A stretch of 64,000 nucleotides of DNA from an uncultured cyanobacterium (lineage in GTDB: Bacteria; Cyanobacteriota; Cyanobacteriia; PCC-9006; JAAUQQ01). The stretch covers positions 3,072,001 through 3,136,000 of the forward strand of contig OY970368.1 in NCBI GenBank assembly GCA_963718615.1. Direction: 5' to 3'. Every line of letters starts with the position of its first letter. Position 1 is the first letter of the stretch. Positions 1 to 10,377 of the stretch are shown piece by piece. A program made the translations under genes and the position numbers. The notes beneath the pieces are model-generated. The model was not told the origin of the DNA. It worked only from the letters and a program-made list of their open reading frames with translations, and made no database searches.

Positions 1-211
1 GATTCCGTTGCCCTTCTTGAGCTATGGGCGATCGGCCCTCCTCACCAATTTTATTGGGATTGGTTTAGCCGAATCCGTTGCCAATCAGCGTCAGCGATTC
101 CGCTTTTAGCGGTAATTTCCCCCTAATCGGGTTCGGCGATCGCCTAGAGGCCATGACGAGAACTCGCTATGGTAAGACAGTCAGTAAGTCGGTGGAAGAG
201 GGGGTAAGGCG

Positions 212-1789
212 GTGTCCGATTGGTTACTGCCATCATTAAGTGCAATTTTTCAGCGCGCGGCCACGGTAACACCTGAGGGTAGGCCAGCGTCGGACGTTGT
301 GCCGCAGACAACTGGGCCAGACACTCGTTGGGGTACGGAGGGCAGCGCCGGTCGCAAATCCCTGGTGCAACAGCAGTTGCGGGCAGAGCTACAGTGGCGG
401 GGGGCGATCGCGGCCATCCAGGATTTACTCACCACCTCCATGAATCCAGAGGGACAGGATTCGACCCAGGGGGTGGTGCTCTGTGGGCCGTTTCCGGTGT
501 TGAGTGATCCCATGCTCAATCAGCATCTGGCGACCTGGGTGTTTGTCTCGGATGCCTTGGGTGCTCCCTATGGGCTGTCGCTCCAGCTCAGTGCCGATGT
601 CAATCAGGCGGATGCTCTGACTCCCGTGGCCATGACCTCGGTGCCGATCCTCAATCAGGATTCCCTCGCGTCAGAGCAGTTTTGCTTAGTGCTTACGCCG
701 GACTATAGTTTGGTTCTGGTTTTGGGCCAGGATGGCCAGGGTCACCCCTGTTTTCAGTTTTCCTTTGATCCTAAAATTACCCAGATGTGCTGGCAGGCGC
801 TCTTGCTGCGGGTGCGGCTGAGCAATGCCAGCTATGCGCTGCAGCTCAATCGCCTGTTTCAGTTATTTGCCCCCGGTGTGCCGGATTATTGTTGGGTTAG
901 TCAATTTACGGCCCGTTCGATGGCCCATCTGGCCGATGCCCAATTGGAGCTGACTGTTGAACAAGCGGCGAGCTTGGGCGGTTCCAGTGCCCCATCTCCT
1001 CAGTCGCCTTTACCCACCTGTGCAGCGTCTGTGGCGGCGACGGCGGAAAGCTTGGCGGAAGGCTTGGATGGGGAAGGATTGGATGTGGAACTGCTGAAGG
1101 CGATCGCCCACGAAGTGCGCACACCCCTGGCCACGATTCGGACCTTAACCCGTCTACTTCTGCGTCGCAAGGATTTAGCCCCAGATGTGCTCAAACGGCT
1201 GGGAATTATTGACCAGGAATGTACCGAACAAATCGATCGCTTTGGGCTGATTTTTCAGGCGGCAGAGCTGGGGCAGAGTCCCAATTGGGGGCAGCAACGG
1301 CTGGCAGCGGTTCCCCTAGACCAAATGTTTCAAGAGGGGATGTCCCGTTGGCAAACCCAGGCTAGCCGTCGGGGGTTGACACTTAAGCTGGGTCTCTTAG
1401 AACAGATGCCGTTGGTGGTCAGCGATCCCCATATGTTGGACCAGGCCTTGACGGGGTTGATCGATCGTTTTACTCGACAATTGCCCAGTGGAAGTCAGTT
1501 AGATCTGAAGGTCTCTCTGGCCGGGAGTCAACTCAAACTGCAATTTAGTGCTCAAGATGGGGACGGCAATCCCATTCCGACCTCCCTGGCAGAAGCCAGC
1601 AACGGTCAGCCCCGACCCAAATCCTTAGGACATTTACTCTCGTTTCAACCGGCCACTGGCAGCCTGAGTTTGAACCTAGATGTTACCAAAAGTTTGTTTC
1701 AAGCCCTGGGGGGCAAGCTGCTGATTAAGGACCGTGCCCAGAAGGGAGAAATGGTGACGGTCTTTTTGCCGCTCAAAACGGAGCATTAG
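212..1789 (+). CDS. Cyanobacterial sensor histidine kinase, Hik34-like (degenerate ATPase domain)
   Basis: H-box AIAHEVRTPLATIRTLTRLLLRR; the C-terminal HATPase-like region lacks DxGxG/GxGLGL boxes (LSLNLDVTKSLFQALGG instead); no transmembrane helix. Confidence 0.75.
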   Translation: MSDWLLPSLSAIFQRAATVTPEGRPASDVVPQTTGPDTRWGTEGSAGRKSLVQQQLRAELQWRGAIAAIQDLLTTSMNPEGQDSTQGVVLCGPFPVLSDPMLNQHLATWVFVSDALGAPYGLSLQLSADVNQADALTPVAMTSVPILNQDSLASEQFCLVLTPDYSLVLVLGQDGQGHPCFQFSFDPKITQMCWQALLLRVRLSNASYALQLNRLFQLFAPGVPDYCWVSQFTARSMAHLADAQLELTVEQAASLGGSSAPSPQSPLPTCAASVAATAESLAEGLDGEGLDVELLKAIAHEVRTPLATIRTLTRLLLRRKDLAPDVLKRLGIIDQECTEQIDRFGLIFQAAELGQSPNWGQQRLAAVPLDQMFQEGMSRWQTQASRRGLTLKLGLLEQMPLVVSDPHMLDQALTGLIDRFTRQLPSGSQLDLKVSLAGSQLKLQFSAQDGDGNPIPTSLAEASNGQPRPKSLGHLLSFQPATGSLSLNLDVTKSLFQALGGKLLIKDRAQKGEMVTVFLPLKTEH

Positions 1790-1791
1790 CC

Positions 1792-2499
1792 ATGGAGGTC
1801 TGGCTGTTTCGTCATGCGGAAACCTGGGCCAATCGCCAGGGTCGGATGCAAAGCCAGCAAAACCTCGTCCTCAGCCCCAGCCAGCCCACAGAACTGACCC
1901 CCCTTGGCCAACACCAAGCCCAAGCCCTCGGCCAGCATTTAGCTCGGGTCTGCGGGCCTCCGAGTCGGATTTATTGCAGCCCGCTGGTGCGTGCCCAGGC
2001 AACCCTAGCGGAGATTCAGGCCATTTGGCCCACTGCTTGGCCGGGGCCAGATGCTTGCCCGACCGAGTGGGAGCCCAGACTCATGGAAATTGAGCTCGGC
2101 ATTTTTTCCGGTTTGACCTGGCCCGAGGCCCAAAACCAGTTTCCCAATTTGTGCGATCGCCTCTTACAGCAATTGGATTGGCTCCCCATCCCCGGTGCCG
2201 AATCCCCCCAGGACTGCCGCGATCGCGCCACTGCATTTTGCCAAACGCAATTGCGCAATTGCACTGAATCCGATCGCGTATGGATCATCACCCATGCTGG
2301 AATCATGCCCCATCTGTTGGCGGTCCTACTGGGCTGCGATCGCACCTGGGGCATAGCCCTAGACCCCACAGCTTTGTTTGCCTTTTCACTCAATCGTGAT
2401 CGTCTCGATCGTCAAGATATCAATCGTTTCAATCCTTGTCTTTGGACCATCCGAGCCTTTAATGACCTGTCCCATTTGAGCCAGCTTAAAAGCGACTAG
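1792..2499 (+). CDS. Histidine phosphatase (phosphoglycerate mutase-like) family protein
   Basis: N-terminal LFRHAET motif, CSPLVRAQAT, RLMEIELG, GAES and ITHAG second His. Confidence 0.85.
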   Translation: MEVWLFRHAETWANRQGRMQSQQNLVLSPSQPTELTPLGQHQAQALGQHLARVCGPPSRIYCSPLVRAQATLAEIQAIWPTAWPGPDACPTEWEPRLMEIELGIFSGLTWPEAQNQFPNLCDRLLQQLDWLPIPGAESPQDCRDRATAFCQTQLRNCTESDRVWIITHAGIMPHLLAVLLGCDRTWGIALDPTALFAFSLNRDRLDRQDINRFNPCLWTIRAFNDLSHLSQLKSD

Positions 2500-3039
2500 A
2501 TTTTTCGGAGTCGTGAGTTAAAAACATCACTTTTGAAAAAGAGATTGTGCAGATTTTTAGGTCAAGCGTTCAACTTTAGCTACCCACGAATGATACAGGA
2601 ACCTCGGAGTTTTACTGTTGTTCCCGAGGTCGACCCAAGGGGTCTGCGATCGCTCCATGGCCGGCCCCTTCGCCATAATTCTATTCCCCTCCCAAGGTTG
2701 ACAATTTTGTCTTTTTCGCAATCCTCAAACTCAGACCTGGCAAAATCTTTCGTTCATTTACCGAACGATTCAGATCGTACCCCCCAAAGAATTTAGAAAT
2801 TTAGAAATCCGTATGAGTTTCCGAGGATATGGGTTAGATTATTGAAAGTACATCGCGATGCAATTAACCCCTGGTCCAAGGAAATTGTTAACCTAAAACC
2901 CTTAAATTCTCAAATTTGTCATCAGTTTCCTCTTTATCGCTGACCAAGGGCATTTTGCTAAGTCTTTGATTTCAGCCTCACCTGGTGCGATAGGGACTCT
3001 TTTAGAGCACCCAGCGTTCATTTTAAAAGGGCGCTGGCC

Positions 3040-3819
3040 TTGCCACCCATGAGTGATGCAGTGTCAGAGTTGGCGATGGTCTACCTACATCGATTTATTC
3101 AGGGCGTCTCGACGGGAATGGTCATTGCACGGCTAGAGCGGCGGAAGCTGTCCAGGCAGCAGCAGCTTAAGGAGCAAGTTACAGAACCAGTGATTCTGCG
3201 GCGGGCGCAGACTATGCCAGGGGTTTTGCCTGTCGTAGAGACCTTTCACTCCATCCAGGGGGAGGGTCGCTGGTCGGGTTACAGTGCCTTTTTCATTCGA
3301 TTAGCGGGCTGTAATGTCGGGTGTCCCTGGTGTGATACCAAAGAATCCTGGCCCCAGGACCGGCATCCCCAGCGTTCGATTGCAGACTTGGTGGCGGCGG
3401 CGCTCGCTGTGCGACCTCGTATGGTGGTGATTACAGGGGGGGAGCCGCTAATGCACGATCTCACTGAATTGACCCAGGCGATCGCCGACGCGGGACTGCG
3501 GGTCCACCTAGAGACATCGGGAGCCTATCTTTTGAGCGGCAGGTTTGACTGGATTACCCTTTCTCCCAAGCGCACCCTGCCCCCCGATCCCAGCCTCTAT
3601 GACCAAGCCGATGAGTTGAAAGTCATCATTGCGGATACCTCGGACTTGGCCTGGGCGGAGGAGCAGGCCAAGTGGGTTGCCCCTCAGGTCATCAAGCTAT
3701 TGCAGCCAGAATGGACCGTCTCCCAGGCGAAGAGTGCAGCACTCGTGTGCCAGTATGTACTTAATCATCCAGAGTGGCAGGTGAGCCTGCAAACTCATAA
3801 GTACCTAGGAATTCATTAA
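3040..3819 (+). CDS. queE: 7-carboxy-7-deazaguanine synthase (radical SAM); true start possibly ATG 3214
   Basis: ETFHSIQGEG, FIRLAGCNVGCPWCDT (CxxxCxxC), VITGGEP, C-terminal SLQTHKYL; adjacent to queC. Confidence 0.93.
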   Translation: MPPMSDAVSELAMVYLHRFIQGVSTGMVIARLERRKLSRQQQLKEQVTEPVILRRAQTMPGVLPVVETFHSIQGEGRWSGYSAFFIRLAGCNVGCPWCDTKESWPQDRHPQRSIADLVAAALAVRPRMVVITGGEPLMHDLTELTQAIADAGLRVHLETSGAYLLSGRFDWITLSPKRTLPPDPSLYDQADELKVIIADTSDLAWAEEQAKWVAPQVIKLLQPEWTVSQAKSAALVCQYVLNHPEWQVSLQTHKYLGIH

Positions 3820-4569
3820 GTGATGCCTGCTCCGAATGCTCCGGGCTCGGACTCCCCTGATCTTGCTGCCGTTGCTCTGCCCAAAGCGGTCGTCCTTTTA
3901 TCGGGTGGACTAGATTCTGCTACCGCTGCGGCTCAGGCTCAGGCAGAGGGGTACGAGGTCATTGCCCTTTCCTGTCGGTATGGACAGCGCCACGAACGGG
4001 AATTGCAATCGGCGCAGCAAGTGGCGATGTCTCTCGGGATTCATCAACATTTTGTGGTGGACGTCAATCTTTCCCTCTGGGGGGGGTCGGCGTTGACCGA
4101 TTTGTCTCAAGGCGTTCCCCTGTCGGGGGTTCAACCGGACGTTATCCCCGTGACCTATGTGCCGGGACGAAATACAGTTTTTATTGCCTTAGCGCTATCG
4201 TTAGCGGAGTCCGCAGGGGCTGAAGCGATTTATCTGGGGCTGAATGCGGTGGATTACTCGGGGTATCCCGATTGTCGCCCGGAGTTTTTAGAGGCTTATC
4301 AAACCCTCGCCACCTTGTCTTCGAAGGCAGGGCTGGAGGGTCGAGCACCGCGACTGGTCGCACCGCTAATTCAGCTGAGCAAAGTTGAGATTGTCCAACG
4401 GGCTTTGGCCTTGGGGGTTCCGATCGCCCTGACTTGGTCTTGCTATCAGGGAGAGCTGGAGCCCTGTGGACGCTGTGATTCTTGCCGGATTCGCGATCGC
4501 GCCCTAATTGAAGCCGGAAGACCCGACTTGGCAAGCCCGTTAGGCCAGAAACTCACTGCCGATGCCTGA
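3820..4569 (+). CDS. queC: 7-cyano-7-deazaguanine synthase
   Basis: [41 protein letters not shown]. Confidence 0.96.
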   Translation: MMPAPNAPGSDSPDLAAVALPKAVVLLSGGLDSATAAAQAQAEGYEVIALSCRYGQRHERELQSAQQVAMSLGIHQHFVVDVNLSLWGGSALTDLSQGVPLSGVQPDVIPVTYVPGRNTVFIALALSLAESAGAEAIYLGLNAVDYSGYPDCRPEFLEAYQTLATLSSKAGLEGRAPRLVAPLIQLSKVEIVQRALALGVPIALTWSCYQGELEPCGRCDSCRIRDRALIEAGRPDLASPLGQKLTADA

Positions 4570-4623
4570 ATCTCCCAAATCTGAAAATAAGAATTCAAGA
4601 ATCAAGAAGAGACTGATCAATTA

Positions 4624-4694
<71 letters not shown>

Positions 4695-4915
4695 ATCGCA
4701 GGACCACTTTAGCATAACTTACAGGTCCTATCTGGAGAAAATCTGAGGAAAAGTTCAGATTTTTCTGACTTGACCTTAAGCTGAGCTTCTTCCAACTTGA
4801 CACTCCCCTTAGCCAACGCCCTTAGCTAACCCCCTTGACAAATTGTCGGTTATTTCCGCCAAGAGGTGATATATTGCAGGCCAATTCTGTTTAGCGAAGT
4901 AGTAGAAGCTGACTC

Positions 4916-5920
4916 ATGCGTTCATCCGAAGTGGCTTGGCAGCATTGGTCTTTAGCTGTGGCAAAGGTCCGGGAATATCAACTGGAAATCAGCCTGTTCA
5001 GCGGCATGATTGCAAGCACCTGTTTGATTACCGGTGCAGCGATGACGGTGTTAGTCAATCCGAATGTAGGCCAACAGCTAACACCGGTCTCTTTATTGAA
5101 GCCTGGTTCTTTACCGGAAGGAGGTTTCTCTGCGGTGGGTAAGGCAATCCGAGGCTTCCGGGGGCCGTTAAAAATTGAAATTGTGCAGGGAGGAGGTGCG
5201 AATCTTGAACCTTCTGCCCATCCCTTGGCAACGATCGTTGCACCTGCTGAGTTTCAGCCCCAGCTTGCCGAAGCCATGACTGAACGCAATACCCAGTTGC
5301 TCACCTATGCTCTGGGTGCAGCAGGGGCCATGCTCGTCCTAGGACGATTGGCTCCCCATTTGCCCGTTTGGCCAAAACGCCGCCAGCCCTTAGGAGAGCG
5401 CTTGGCTTCGGTACCCGTCGAAGTGTTACCGGCCCATCCGTTGGCGGTCAAACTGGCAGTCAAACCAGAGCCTGTTAACGTTGCTCGGAACCGTATTCGC
5501 AGAATTGTGCCGATGAGCGCGCTCTATCCAGAGGCCCAAGGGGTGACAGCCTTGAGCTTGCTTCCCGATCGCTCGGCGCTCCGTCCTACAAACCGGCCCA
5601 CGGGTTGGGCTGCACCGACTAACGGGTTGGGCTTTGCTCCTGGGGGTGCAATGCTCCCTGCCCAGCAGCAAACCTCCCAGCCAGCGTCCCTGCAAACATC
5701 TCAGCCAGTTTCTCAGCCAGTTTCCCAGAACCGACCTCGTAACCTGGCGAAAAATTCAGCTCGGAAGCCCGCCCAAACTCACGTTCAAACGCCTGTCCCG
5801 AATCTTGCCCAGCCCCCATCGTTGACAGAAGCGGCGATCGCCCCCCCCTCAACAGGATTACCCGACTGGTTAGTGAGTTTGGATGTGCGTCAGCAACAAC
5901 CCTTGACCTCGCTGCTCTAG
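4916..5920 (+). CDS. Hypothetical membrane protein with Pro/Gln-rich C-terminal tail
   Basis: 334-aa ORF, two hydrophobic segments, low-complexity SQPV tail; no family recognised. Confidence 0.55.
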   Translation: MRSSEVAWQHWSLAVAKVREYQLEISLFSGMIASTCLITGAAMTVLVNPNVGQQLTPVSLLKPGSLPEGGFSAVGKAIRGFRGPLKIEIVQGGGANLEPSAHPLATIVAPAEFQPQLAEAMTERNTQLLTYALGAAGAMLVLGRLAPHLPVWPKRRQPLGERLASVPVEVLPAHPLAVKLAVKPEPVNVARNRIRRIVPMSALYPEAQGVTALSLLPDRSALRPTNRPTGWAAPTNGLGFAPGGAMLPAQQQTSQPASLQTSQPVSQPVSQNRPRNLAKNSARKPAQTHVQTPVPNLAQPPSLTEAAIAPPSTGLPDWLVSLDVRQQQPLTSLL

Positions 5921-5954
5921 CTGATCTAAAAAGTTCTGATCTAAAAATCAAGGA

Positions 5955-8372
5955 CTAACGGGCCGCTGCTGCGATCGCGGCCCAGTCCTGGATCAGATTC
6001 CGAGTCCAGATCCAATGGCGATCGAAATCTTTGCCCAGGGCGTTGGGATGGTATGCCGTGGCATTTTGTCGCATGACCCGCTCATAAAACGTCGTTGCGT
6101 CTTTCCACAGCTCGGCGGATTGGGCAGTTTGGGTCTCGGCTAACTTCCGAGAAGCCAAGGCCAATCCTGCTTCGGTTTGGAGGAGCAAAGACTGATCCTG
6201 GTCTTTAAGATTGGCGACCCGATTGTAGGTTGCTTTGAATCGTTGCTGAGCTTCTAAAACATTGCCCTCCGCATAAAGGGCAAAGCCCAAGGCATTGGCA
6301 TATTGAGTATTATTAGGTTCTTGCTCAGCGACCGTCGACCATTGCAGTTTGGCGTTGGTCAAATGTTCTTCAGCAGAGACCCCTTTGGCATCAAATGCAT
6401 TTTGGCTGGATAGCATTTGGCTATATTGCTGCCAACTCAGGCGGCCCCGTAGAAAGTTAATGGCGTTGTTGTCTTCCTTCGAGGTTTGATTGAGTTTTGT
6501 TTGACTCATGAGGGCAAACACCTCTTGGGCTTGCTCCAGGGCTCCTCGGTCTAGCAACTGGTCGATCTTGGTGATCGCCCCCACAAAATTGCCGCTATCA
6601 AACGCTGTAATCGCCTGGTTGGAGAGATCATCAACCGTGGCATTGCCCGCAACTACCGCCGGACCCTCCCGTCCTGGCGTGCCCGTTGGGGGTTGGCTCA
6701 CGCCCCACAGTCCTGCTCCCAGGAGTAAGAGTCCTGTCGCCCCGGCAATCAACCAGGCCACCCGTTTTTCCCGTTGGGGATTAAGGTTTTGAGGGTGAAC
6801 CAGGGTTTCTGGCGTTGGAGCAATGGCCGGTGGGGCCAAATCTCCAGAGGACGCGAGAGGAGAACTGAGAGCAGCGGTTTGACCCGACCGCAGCGCCAGA
6901 TCGCGACGTTGGGGGGTGAGTGCTGTGGCTTCAGATGTATTTGCGGCAGCCTGGGACGGCGAGGATGACTGCTCCGCTGCATTTTCCGCCTCTAGACGTT
7001 GCAGTTCGGCCTTAAAAGCAGCGTCATCCGGATTGAACAGAGGAGGAACAGGGTTGAGGAGACTGGGCTCGACGACGGTGCTGCCCCCCCGATAGGCCCC
7101 TTCGCCCACCGGCATTGACTCGTGACCCTCGACGAACAGTTCTGAACCTTCGCTCCATTGTTGATCGGGGCGGACCAGCCGTCCCTTAAATTCGCTATGG
7201 AGATAGAGAATCGGCAACGCCCAGTAGAGTTGATTCGAGCCATAGGCTGAGATCAAGCCTTGACGTGCGCGACAAAGGCTGAGATCTAGGGGCTGACCAA
7301 ATTTGAGATTGCGATAGAAGAGGCGACTGAGCGTTAAGGCCACCTGATCCGGAATCCGCTCGGCCATGGCCAAAACCCCAGGAATTCCCCGACGAATCAG
7401 GGCCTCCGCCAAGGTCCGTTCGCCCTGGAGGTCAAATTCATCGCTAGTGGCTGCTTGGGTGCCCAAACAGGAGTTGAGCACCGCCAACTGAATTTCGTTA
7501 TTGGCCAATAGTCCGGCTAAATCATCGCCGTTGAGGGTTTCGCTCAGACCCGTACTGGAATTCACCAGATGTAGCCGTCCCCCCGAGGGACCTGGACTGC
7601 TGTGGCCGGCAAAATGAAAGACTTGATAGGAATTTTGTTCGAGGGTTTGGGTGAGCTCTTCGCGGCCCGGATGTTCCAACAAGGTGAGCTGAATATCGGG
7701 CAGTGCTCCTTGGCTATCGCTGCTGCGGTGACTTTGCAACTCCTCTTTGAGCTGAAGGGCTTCCCGTCGTAATTCAAGGTTGGCTTGGTCCGTGGGGGCC
7801 GCTAGCACCATCAAAATGTGGAGCGAGGTGGGCAAATGCTGGTCTGCCTTGAGGCGATCGCGAACCGTCGAAGCGGTGGGCAGCGTTCCCAGGGTGCCTT
7901 GATAGCGGGAGAAAATAATATCGGTCGTCGCGGCAATGGGTCGGTTCCCCGCATGGAGGACTTCCCAGGGCAGGCGAGGGAGGCGATCGCCCTTCAGCCC
8001 CAACCGTAGCCGCAGCCGCTCCTGACGATTTTGGGCCACCCCCTGGGCCGTCACCCAACTATCCCGCACCGTCCCTTGGAACAGATGATTATAGAGATCC
8101 TGGCCCAGGGCAATCAGAGCCGGTTCCGTCGGCAGGACCGTTGCCGCCGAGAGCGGGTCCACCGGAATCATTTCATAGGGGTCGTAGGGACTGCTTTGAA
8201 AGAATTCCGAGAGGGGATCTGTAAAAACTTGACGCGCTTGGGCTAGCCACTCATCCACAGGCCAAGTGACTTGCTCTTCCGCCAAGGGAACGCCCTGCTC
8301 AACCCATTCCACGCGGACATAGAAATCGTCGCCGCGAATGGGGGTAACCGATAGATGAAACTCCTGGACCAT
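5955..8372 (-). CDS. hetF: HetF-like CHAT (caspase-HetF) protease with TM helix and C-terminal helical repeats
   Basis: N-terminus MVQEFHLSVTP..GVPLAEEQVTWPV typical of HetF; LPWE motif; catalytic His (FHFAGHS) and Cys (VLNSCLG); WALPILY; TM segment near aa 538-557. Confidence 0.88.
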   Translation of the reverse strand: MVQEFHLSVTPIRGDDFYVRVEWVEQGVPLAEEQVTWPVDEWLAQARQVFTDPLSEFFQSSPYDPYEMIPVDPLSAATVLPTEPALIALGQDLYNHLFQGTVRDSWVTAQGVAQNRQERLRLRLGLKGDRLPRLPWEVLHAGNRPIAATTDIIFSRYQGTLGTLPTASTVRDRLKADQHLPTSLHILMVLAAPTDQANLELRREALQLKEELQSHRSSDSQGALPDIQLTLLEHPGREELTQTLEQNSYQVFHFAGHSSPGPSGGRLHLVNSSTGLSETLNGDDLAGLLANNEIQLAVLNSCLGTQAATSDEFDLQGERTLAEALIRRGIPGVLAMAERIPDQVALTLSRLFYRNLKFGQPLDLSLCRARQGLISAYGSNQLYWALPILYLHSEFKGRLVRPDQQWSEGSELFVEGHESMPVGEGAYRGGSTVVEPSLLNPVPPLFNPDDAAFKAELQRLEAENAAEQSSSPSQAAANTSEATALTPQRRDLALRSGQTAALSSPLASSGDLAPPAIAPTPETLVHPQNLNPQREKRVAWLIAGATGLLLLGAGLWGVSQPPTGTPGREGPAVVAGNATVDDLSNQAITAFDSGNFVGAITKIDQLLDRGALEQAQEVFALMSQTKLNQTSKEDNNAINFLRGRLSWQQYSQMLSSQNAFDAKGVSAEEHLTNAKLQWSTVAEQEPNNTQYANALGFALYAEGNVLEAQQRFKATYNRVANLKDQDQSLLLQTEAGLALASRKLAETQTAQSAELWKDATTFYERVMRQNATAYHPNALGKDFDRHWIWTRNLIQDWAAIAAAAR

Positions 8373-8765
8373 GGCACTTATGCACTCCCGTTTTGGGTAA
8401 AAACGGCTTCTTAGGGGGGATAAAAAGTTGTCAGCGTGATCCCTAAGTTCCTATTACAAAGATGAGTTGCAGAACTCAGGACAATTCCCTGTTGATTCTG
8501 GCACCTGCTGGATTGTGGAGGAAGAGGCTCTAACCCCTAGCCGCTAAAGCCATTGACAGACTTCGGTAAGGCTTTTGCTGCCGCTTCATGGAAGTTTTAC
8601 ACAGAGAGCCACCAACCCTAAACTAAGTAAATATTAATTCAACTCAAATAAGTATTTACCCTTAAGTATTCTGACTGACATTCTCCTCCGATGGGTCCCA
8701 AATAGTGCATTTGCATTGCTTGAGGATCAGATTTTTGCCCTAGAAACTATTTATGAAGATTTAGT

Positions 8766-8806
8766 AAAAGAGACTGATGCAGACTATTCGGTCTCGCCTC
8801 AGTCTC
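8766..8806 (-). terminator. Probable intrinsic terminator downstream of pyrE
   Basis: Inverted repeat GAGACTGA...TCAGTCTC followed on the minus strand by TTTT. Confidence 0.5.
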
Positions 8807-8835
8807 CTGATTGAGGGGTAAGACAGGATTGAGGG

Positions 8836-9441
8836 TTAAGCATGCAGCTGACGCCAGCGATCGCGCAGCGCCCCAATCTGATAGAGCGCCTTAAACTTCA
8901 AGCCCTGCTCGACATAGAGCTCTGCCCCCCCTTGCTCTCGATCCACCAAGGCCAAAATCTCTTGAACCTGATAGCCTGCCGCCTGCAACCGCTCCACGGC
9001 TTTTAGGGCAGACTGTCCCGTCGTGACCACATCTTCAAGGACCACCACGGGACTCTGTGCCGGTAGCGGCAGTCCTTCAATATAGGCTTGGGTACCATGG
9101 CCTTTGGCCTCCTTGCGGATAATTAAGGGGGCGATCGCCCGACCCTCATACATCCCCACCACGCTGACCGCAGTAACCATGGGATCGGCCCCCAAGGTCA
9201 GCCCCGCGACCGCAGCGGTATTGTCCGGAAGCCAGCGCAAAAGTAGGCGACCCACCGCCACTGCGCCCTGGGGATGGAGCGTCACCTGTTTACCATTAAT
9301 GTAATAGTCACTCTGCTGGCCCGAGGATAGGACAAAATCCCCCTCGCGATAGGCCAGTTCACAGAGAAGGTCAAGCAGGCTGTGCCGCAGGGTTTCAGGG
9401 TCTTCTGTCAACCAGCGAGCGGAATCAGGATTGCTTATCAT
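8836..9441 (-). CDS. pyrE: Orotate phosphoribosyltransferase
   Basis: GDFVLSSGQQSDYY, IRKEAKGHG, PRPP-binding VVVLEDVVTTGQS. Confidence 0.96.
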   Translation of the reverse strand: MISNPDSARWLTEDPETLRHSLLDLLCELAYREGDFVLSSGQQSDYYINGKQVTLHPQGAVAVGRLLLRWLPDNTAAVAGLTLGADPMVTAVSVVGMYEGRAIAPLIIRKEAKGHGTQAYIEGLPLPAQSPVVVLEDVVTTGQSALKAVERLQAAGYQVQEILALVDREQGGAELYVEQGLKFKALYQIGALRDRWRQLHA

Positions 9442-9578
9442 GCGTTCGATGCTACGGTAGTGGCTTAATTCTTTTGGGAAAGCTGTGCACTGTTATTGTA
9501 CGGGTCTGTTAGGCTACAGACCTGTTCCAATTGGACCCGGTTATCCCCTTGATTAGAGTCACCTTGAGGAGTTAGCAC

Positions 9579-10016
9579 ATGATCAGGCTAGGATTCAAAT
9601 CGCTTGTCGTCGGGTTGGCAGTCGCCGCCAGTACGGTCGCCCATGTCCCCCTGGTTCAAGCCCAGGAAATTCCTGGTACAACGGCTTGGCGCGATGCGTT
9701 ACAAGACGCATTTTTTGACGATTCCAAAACCTTCTACGACAACCAAAGCACCCTCCGGCAGCTGAGAACCGTCCTGGGCACCGGTCGCAGCATTTTCCGT
9801 CGCGGTAATTACGCCGAAATCAACGTGGAACGGGATGCTGAACGCGTCAATCAAGTTTATCAGCAGATGCTCCAGGAGCAGGTCGCGAGCGATCCGACCA
9901 TTCGGGTTGTGGATCTGCCCAATCCCTTTGAAACTTCTCTGCTGGTGCAACCGTCCCTCTATAGCAATCAGAGTGCTGGGACAGAATTTGTCTATGAGCG
10001 ATCGCCCATTCGTTAA
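9579..10016 (+). CDS. Conserved cyanobacterial exported hypothetical protein
   Basis: GAGGAG RBS, signal peptide ending VQA, C-terminal IRVVDLPNPFETSL motif; divergent from pyrE. Confidence 0.7.
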   Translation: MIRLGFKSLVVGLAVAASTVAHVPLVQAQEIPGTTAWRDALQDAFFDDSKTFYDNQSTLRQLRTVLGTGRSIFRRGNYAEINVERDAERVNQVYQQMLQEQVASDPTIRVVDLPNPFETSLLVQPSLYSNQSAGTEFVYERSPIR

Positions 10017-10099
10017 GTTCTACGGATAAGTTCTGTTGACAGGAACAGAAAACAACGGTGGGCTACACTGCTAGTCCACCGTTCGGTTCTAGTTGTCAG

Positions 10100-10172
10100 T
10101 CCAGGGTACAGGAATTGAACCTGTCTGGGGCGAATTATGAGTTCGCTGCCTAAACCGCTCGGCCAACCCTGG
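10100..10172 (-). tRNA. tRNA with CAT anticodon, probably tRNA-Ile2 (lysidine-modified)
   Basis: Reverse complement CCAGGGTTGGCCGAGCGGTTTAGGCAGCGAACTCATAATTCGCCCCAGACAGGTTCAATTCCTGTACCCTGGA; lacks the initiator hallmarks (1-72 mismatch, GGG/CCC anticodon stem). Confidence 0.9.
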
Positions 10173-10377
10173 AAGTGAGAGACCTCGATCGCGAAATCCA
10201 GGAAATTCTATCCGAACTGGATCCGAAAACAATATCCGGTGTTTATCATAGGGGCTCAAAAGAGTATTGAAAAGCACCCTGATAGTTCTACCTTAACCTA
10301 GGCCGTTTGGGATTGTCCTAGCCTAGCCCAAAATCGGTGCTTTCCTCCCCTTGTAGAAACTCAAATCTAGGCTATGC

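Noticed and set aside
2500-3213. preQ1 riboswitch upstream of queE-queC
   Set aside because: No preQ1 stem plus A-rich tail consensus recognised; only a weak hairpin near 3010-3037. An Rfam scan would settle it
5955-8372. hetF as evidence of heterocyst formation
   Set aside because: HetF homologues also occur in non-heterocystous cyanobacteria, and nothing else in the window supports it
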